A DNA stretch of 29,134 nt from Candidatus Roizmanbacteria bacterium CG_4_9_14_0_8_um_filter_34_12 (GTDB lineage Bacteria > Patescibacteriota > Microgenomatia > UBA1406 > GWC2-37-13). The position numbers were made by a program, and so were the translations under genes. This document shows, in pieces, positions 25,078 to 29,134 of this stretch. Numbering within the stretch: position 1 is the first letter of the stretch; the number at the start of each line of letters is the position of its first letter. The DNA is taken from NCBI GenBank assembly GCA_002789465.1, contig PFTH01000074.1:1-29134 (forward strand), read 5' to 3'. The notes below the pieces were generated by a model. That model was not told the origin of the DNA. It did no database searches and was given only the letters and a program-made list of their open reading frames with translations.

Positions 25078-25826
25078 TTATGAGCAATAAAACAGCTCTT
25101 GTTATAGTTGGGATTTTATTTGTAATAATTATTATTTTAGTTTTTGTTTTATTGCAGCCAAGTCAAATAGCCAACATAAATGATTCAAAGTTAAAAACAC
25201 CTTTATCCCGTAACCAAAATACTTTAGATGCAAATCCAGAGAAAAATGAAAATTCATTACGCAATGATAGCGATGATGTTTCGAGTGATGCACAAGGGTT
25301 ACGGGGTGAACCAACTGTAACAAAAAATATAAATTCAGCCATAGAAATCGATATGAAAAAAACCTATCAGGCGGTGATTAAAACTTCAGAAGGAGAAATT
25401 ACTGTAAAATTAAACGCCAAAGAAACTCCAATTACAGTTAATAATTTTGTTAAGTTATCAAAAAAAGGTTTTTATAAAAATACAATTTTTCATCGTGTAA
25501 TTAAAGGATTTATGATACAAGGTGGAGATCCAAAGAGGGATGGAACAGGCGGTCCGGGATATAAATTTGAAGATGAACCTTTTAACGGAGAGTATACAAG
25601 AGGCACTATTGCTATGGCCAATGCCGGACCCAATACCAATGGAAGCCAGTTTTTTATCATGCACAAAGATTACGATTTGCCTAAAAATTATGTGATTTTT
25701 GGTCAAGTTGTTAAGGGAATTGAGGTGGTTGATAAAATTGCTGAAGCTCCGGTTGAACAATCTGGTGAAGGTTCAAAACCAATTAATCCAGTCAAGGTCT
25801 TATCAGTTTCAATTATTGAACAGTAA
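25074..25826 (+). CDS. Cyclophilin-type peptidyl-prolyl isomerase with N-terminal membrane anchor
   Basis: TM segment ALVIVGILFVIIIILVFVLL; TPITVNNF, FHRVIKGFMIQGGDP, GTIAMANAGPNTNGSQFFI; the start could be 25080. Confidence 0.95.
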   Translation: MIMSNKTALVIVGILFVIIIILVFVLLQPSQIANINDSKLKTPLSRNQNTLDANPEKNENSLRNDSDDVSSDAQGLRGEPTVTKNINSAIEIDMKKTYQAVIKTSEGEITVKLNAKETPITVNNFVKLSKKGFYKNTIFHRVIKGFMIQGGDPKRDGTGGPGYKFEDEPFNGEYTRGTIAMANAGPNTNGSQFFIMHKDYDLPKNYVIFGQVVKGIEVVDKIAEAPVEQSGEGSKPINPVKVLSVSIIEQ

Positions 25827-25840
25827 TTTCCATAGTTTTT

Positions 25841-25849
25841 TGGTATAAT
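25841..25849 (+). promoter_or_regulatory. Extended -10 promoter TGgTATAAT for typA
   Basis: Perfect TGnTATAAT, 134 nt upstream of the typA ATG. Confidence 0.55.
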
Positions 25850-25892
25850 ACAATATTCTTTTTAACTTCACTTATTTAATGCTTTTAGTTAA

Positions 25893-25970
25893 TAAAGTTC
25901 ATAAAGTTTGTAAAGTTATAAAGTTATATCATTATTTAAACTTTAAAAACTTGTCACTTTATAAACTTGA
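25893..25970. repeat. Array of four TAAAGTT direct repeats followed by four inverted AACTT-type copies
   Basis: TAAAGTT at 25893, 25902, 25911 and 25919; AACTTTA 25939, AACTTGT 25948, CACTTTA 25955, AACTTGA 25964. Confidence 0.75.
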
Positions 25971-25982
25971 TAACATATTTTT

Positions 25983-27824
25983 ATGCAAATTCGCAACATT
26001 GTCATTATCGCCCACGTTGACCATGGAAAAACGACCTTAGTTGACGCGCTATTAAAACAAACGCATGCTTTTCGTGACAATCAAAAAGAAATGTCCGAGA
26101 CTTTAATAATGGATTCTAATGATTTAGAGCGTGAAAAAGGGATTACGATTCTTGCTAAAAATACCGCAGTCTTTTATAAAGATACTAAAATTAATATTAT
26201 TGATACTCCGGGACATGCAGATTTTGGCGGTGAGGTGGAAAGAACAATCAATATGGCTAGTGGTGCAATTTTATTGGTTGATGCAGCTGAAGGTCCGCTT
26301 CCTCAAACAAAATTTGTTTTAAAAAAAGCCTTACTAAACAGCTTACAAATAATTTTAGTTATTAATAAAATTGATAAAAAAGATGCACGACCGGTTGAAG
26401 TTATTAATCAAGTTGAAAACTTATTTTTAGAGTTGGCTGATGACGATTCATCTTTGCAGTTTACAACACTTTATGCAGTTGGTCGTGATGGCAAAGCTTT
26501 CTATAAATTACCGGAAATTTATACTATTGATACTCCAGGTAACCTGGTACCCTTATTAGACACAATTATGCAGGAATTCCCTAATGTTGCAATAAATCAG
26601 GAAAAACCTTTTCAAATGCTTATCTCTACACTTGATTATGATGATTATGTTGGAAAGCTTTGTATTGGTAAGGTGACACGAGGTAGTTTAAACAAAGGAG
26701 ATGCGATTGTTTTAGTCGATAACGACAAAGCAATTGGTAGTTATCGGGTACAAAAACTTTATACTTATTCAGGTTTAAATAAAACCGAAGTAGATAAAGT
26801 AACAGCAGGAGATATTATTGCAATTGCTGGTATTCCTGAATTAACAATCGGACAGACAATCACCGATCCAAAATTTCCAGAAAGTTTACCAATGATTAAA
26901 GTTGAAGAACCTACAATCAAAGTGACAATCGGTCCAAATACTAGCCCATTTTCCGGTCGTGAAGGTAAATATTGTACCTCTCGTCAGATAAAAGAACGTC
27001 TTTTAAAAGAAAAAGAAACTAATTTGGGATTGCGGATTGAACCGGATGATGAGGGTGTTAGTTTTGTGGTTTATGGAAGAGGGGAATTGCATCTAGCAAT
27101 TTTAATTGAGACCATGCGTCGAGAAGGGTTTGAAATGCAGATTTCCAAACCGCACGTGATCTATAAAACAATTGATGGAGAAGTTTGCGAACCATATGAG
27201 GAAGTGACGATTGATGTGCATAAGGATTTTGTTGGTCAAGTGAGCCAAGAAATTGGAAAACGCAAGGGGATAATGCAAGATATGGTGACAGATGATAATA
27301 ACAATGTCCGTTTGACGTATAAAATCTCCAGTCAGAATTTATTGGGAATTCGTAGTACGATGTTAACCAACACACGAGGAACAGCAATTATGAACACATA
27401 TTTTTTAGGATATGAACCAAAAGGAGTGAAAATGGAGTCGCTACGTAATGGAGCGTTGGTTTCTACAAAACCCGGTACATCTTTAACTTATGGCTTAGTG
27501 AATGCTCAAGAACGCGGAACTTTATTCGTAGGTATTGGTGAAGAAATGTATGAAGGTATGGTGGTTGGAGTTTCTAGCCGGGAACAGGATATTGAAGTTA
27601 ATGTGTGCAAAGCTAAACAATTGACAAATAATCGTTCAGCTGGTGAAGGTGTGTCTGCAGGTCTTACTCCGGCTACCAAAATGAGTCTAGAACAGTGTTT
27701 AGATTTCATAGCCGAAGATGAGCTTTTAGAAGTGACTCCAATTAGTTTAAGAATGAGAAAAAAAGTTCTGTCTGAAACTCTTCGTCGCGTGACAAACCGT
27801 AACGAACGCCAACGTGATCATTAG
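25983..27824 (+). CDS. typA: Translational GTPase TypA/BipA
   Basis: [60 protein letters not shown]. Confidence 0.98.
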   Translation: MQIRNIVIIAHVDHGKTTLVDALLKQTHAFRDNQKEMSETLIMDSNDLEREKGITILAKNTAVFYKDTKINIIDTPGHADFGGEVERTINMASGAILLVDAAEGPLPQTKFVLKKALLNSLQIILVINKIDKKDARPVEVINQVENLFLELADDDSSLQFTTLYAVGRDGKAFYKLPEIYTIDTPGNLVPLLDTIMQEFPNVAINQEKPFQMLISTLDYDDYVGKLCIGKVTRGSLNKGDAIVLVDNDKAIGSYRVQKLYTYSGLNKTEVDKVTAGDIIAIAGIPELTIGQTITDPKFPESLPMIKVEEPTIKVTIGPNTSPFSGREGKYCTSRQIKERLLKEKETNLGLRIEPDDEGVSFVVYGRGELHLAILIETMRREGFEMQISKPHVIYKTIDGEVCEPYEEVTIDVHKDFVGQVSQEIGKRKGIMQDMVTDDNNNVRLTYKISSQNLLGIRSTMLTNTRGTAIMNTYFLGYEPKGVKMESLRNGALVSTKPGTSLTYGLVNAQERGTLFVGIGEEMYEGMVVGVSSREQDIEVNVCKAKQLTNNRSAGEGVSAGLTPATKMSLEQCLDFIAEDELLEVTPISLRMRKKVLSETLRRVTNRNERQRDH

Positions 27825-27881
27825 TCTACTCAGGCGAAATAATTCTATCACCCTTTCACCTTAAAATAAATTTTTATAATG

Positions 27882-27909
27882 TACTTTAGTTAATTAATTA
27901 ACTAAAGTA
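27882..27909. repeat. Perfect 28-bp palindrome TACTTTAGTTAATTAATTAACTAAAGTA (copy 2)
   Basis: Self reverse-complementary; 25 nt identical to 598-622. Confidence 0.85.
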
Positions 27910-27910
27910 T

Positions 27911-27939
27911 TTGTATTTATTATCAACTAATTTTATAAT
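27911..27939 (+). promoter_or_regulatory. sigma70-type promoter TTGTAT-17-TATAAT, 7 nt before the cupin ATG (leaderless geometry)
   Basis: -35 at 27911-27916, 17-nt spacer, -10 at 27934-27939, ATG at 27947. Confidence 0.65.
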
Positions 27940-27946
27940 TAGTGGT

Positions 27947-28315
27947 ATGGATTTAAAAAATATACTTCAAAGTCTTTCAAAACAATACCCTAATAGGAAA
28001 ATTATTATTAATTCTAAAAATTTTCCAACGGAAATTTTATGCGAAGTTGAACCTACAGCAAGTCATCCAAACTACAGTGTGGCAATTGCAGTGATTGATA
28101 AAACACATCCACATAAACACATAAAAACCACTGAAACTTATGAGGTGATTAGAGGTATTTTGACTTTAAATATTGATGGAAATATCACTGTATTAAATAC
28201 AGGAGAAAAGATAACGATAAAACCTAATCAAGTTCATGAAGCTGAAGGAAAGGAAACTTGGGTTAGGGTTATTTCAAAACCCGGATGGACAAAGGTGGAT
28301 CATTTATTTATATAA
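27947..28315 (+). CDS. Cupin-domain protein
   Basis: PHKHIKTTETYEVIRG...GEKITIKPNQVH metal-binding cupin motifs; ATG 27947 is preferred over TTG 27911, which is the -35 box. Confidence 0.85.
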   Translation: MDLKNILQSLSKQYPNRKIIINSKNFPTEILCEVEPTASHPNYSVAIAVIDKTHPHKHIKTTETYEVIRGILTLNIDGNITVLNTGEKITIKPNQVHEAEGKETWVRVISKPGWTKVDHLFI

Positions 28316-28319
28316 CAAA

Positions 28320-29087
28320 ATGAAGAGAATTACTTTTAAATCAAAAGATGGAACAAAATTAGTTGGCGTTTGGCATTTACCAAAGAGTAAAACAAATAAA
28401 GCAGTAGTCTTAGCTCATGGAATTACTGTTAATAAAGACGAATCTGGCGTATTTGTTCAGTTGGCAGATCAATTAGTTGAGAATGGTTTTGCGGTTTTTC
28501 GATTTGATTTTCGCGGACATGGGAAAAGTGGAGGAAAATCAGTTGACATGACTCTTAGTGGTGAATTGTCTGACCTTACAGCAGCCATTAATCTTGTAAA
28601 ACAACAATACTGTCAAATAGGACTACTTGGAGCTAGTTTTGGAGGTGGAATTTCTGCTCTTTATACTGCGAAAAATCAAGAGAAACTACAAGCGCTTTGT
28701 TTATGGAATCCAGTTTTAAACTATGATCATTGTTTTTTAAATCCAACTTTGCCATGGATTGCCGCGCGAAAAACACATATAAGAAATGATATTCAAACAC
28801 AAAGGTGGACTACATTAGGTAAGCGTAATTTTATTTTAGGCAGAAAATTATTTGAGGAAATGGTGATTTTCCGACCCTATGAAGAAATTGTTAAGATAAA
28901 TATTCCAAAGATAATAATACATGGTGACAAAGACACAAAAGTTCCATACGAAGACTCAAAAATGTACATAAATAATTCAGAAAGTTTAGTGACAATAAAA
29001 GAAGCAAAACATGGTTTTCATAAAAAACAAGAATTTGATCAAGCAGCAAAAGCGACTTTAGTATTTTTTAATAAATATTTTAAATAA
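28320..29087 (+). CDS. Alpha/beta-fold serine hydrolase
   Basis: LAHGI, FDFRGHGKS, GASFGG nucleophile elbow, IHGDKDTKVP, AKHGF; the true ATG is 28320. Confidence 0.92.
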   Translation: MKRITFKSKDGTKLVGVWHLPKSKTNKAVVLAHGITVNKDESGVFVQLADQLVENGFAVFRFDFRGHGKSGGKSVDMTLSGELSDLTAAINLVKQQYCQIGLLGASFGGGISALYTAKNQEKLQALCLWNPVLNYDHCFLNPTLPWIAARKTHIRNDIQTQRWTTLGKRNFILGRKLFEEMVIFRPYEEIVKINIPKIIIHGDKDTKVPYEDSKMYINNSESLVTIKEAKHGFHKKQEFDQAAKATLVFFNKYFK

Positions 29088-29088
29088 C

Positions 29089-29112
29089 GTACAATCGTTT
29101 AATCGATTGTAC
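29089..29112. terminator. Hairpin immediately after the hydrolase stop; possible terminator or palindromic repeat
   Basis: GTACAATCG-tttaat-CGATTGTAC, perfect 9 bp; the U-tract is not adjacent. Confidence 0.45.
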
Positions 29113-29134
29113 AACTTAACTAAATTTTTTATTC

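Noticed and set aside
25879-26040. 53-codon uORF (MLLVNKVHKVCKVIK...) overlapping the typA start
   Set aside because: Its sequence is dictated by the TAAAGTT repeats and the typA alternative frame; there is no independent coding evidence, although a regulatory role is not excluded
1-29134. Alternative genetic code (TGA as Gly/Trp, as in Gracilibacteria/Absconditabacteria)
   Set aside because: TGA terminates several conserved proteins at expected lengths, and Trp is encoded by TGG

Overview
AT-rich bacterial chromosomal window, genetic code 11 (TGA is used as stop in rplP, rpmC, rpsQ, rplN, rplX, rplO and rpmJ). It is dominated by a tuf-S10-spc-alpha ribosomal protein supercluster (4636-22675). 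Loss of rpmD (L30), an N-terminally shortened L2, Lys-rich r-protein extensions and near-absence of Shine-Dalgarno motifs suggest a Patescibacteria/CPR genome, probably Microgenomates-like (inference). Left flank: a GNAT acetyltransferase, a UvrD helicase fused to a C-terminal Fe-S PD-(D/E)XK nuclease, and a membrane protein. Right flank: GT2 and GT4 glycosyltransferases, a coiled-coil hypothetical, a membrane-anchored cyclophilin, typA, a cupin and an alpha/beta hydrolase. Two real genes are missing from the ORF track (rpmG 16329-16502, rpmJ 18626-18739) and several starts need correcting. The best candidate for an undescribed system is the rpsJ-rplC spacer: a near-consensus sigma70 promoter, a probably leaderless 13-codon uORF, and mutually exclusive antiterminator/terminator hairpins whose 5' arm begins 2 nt after the uORF stop, i.e. 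a possible ribosome-sensing attenuator for the r-protein operon. Other oddities are rpsS relocated between rpsN and rpsH, rpmG between secY and adk, an Adk fused to a second UPF0200/CoaE-like kinase domain, a 98-bp inverted-repeat element encoding the S5 C-terminus, several palindromic and heptamer repeat families, and a strong T(-1)/A(-3) start context. No tRNA, rRNA, CRISPR array or transposase was recognised.
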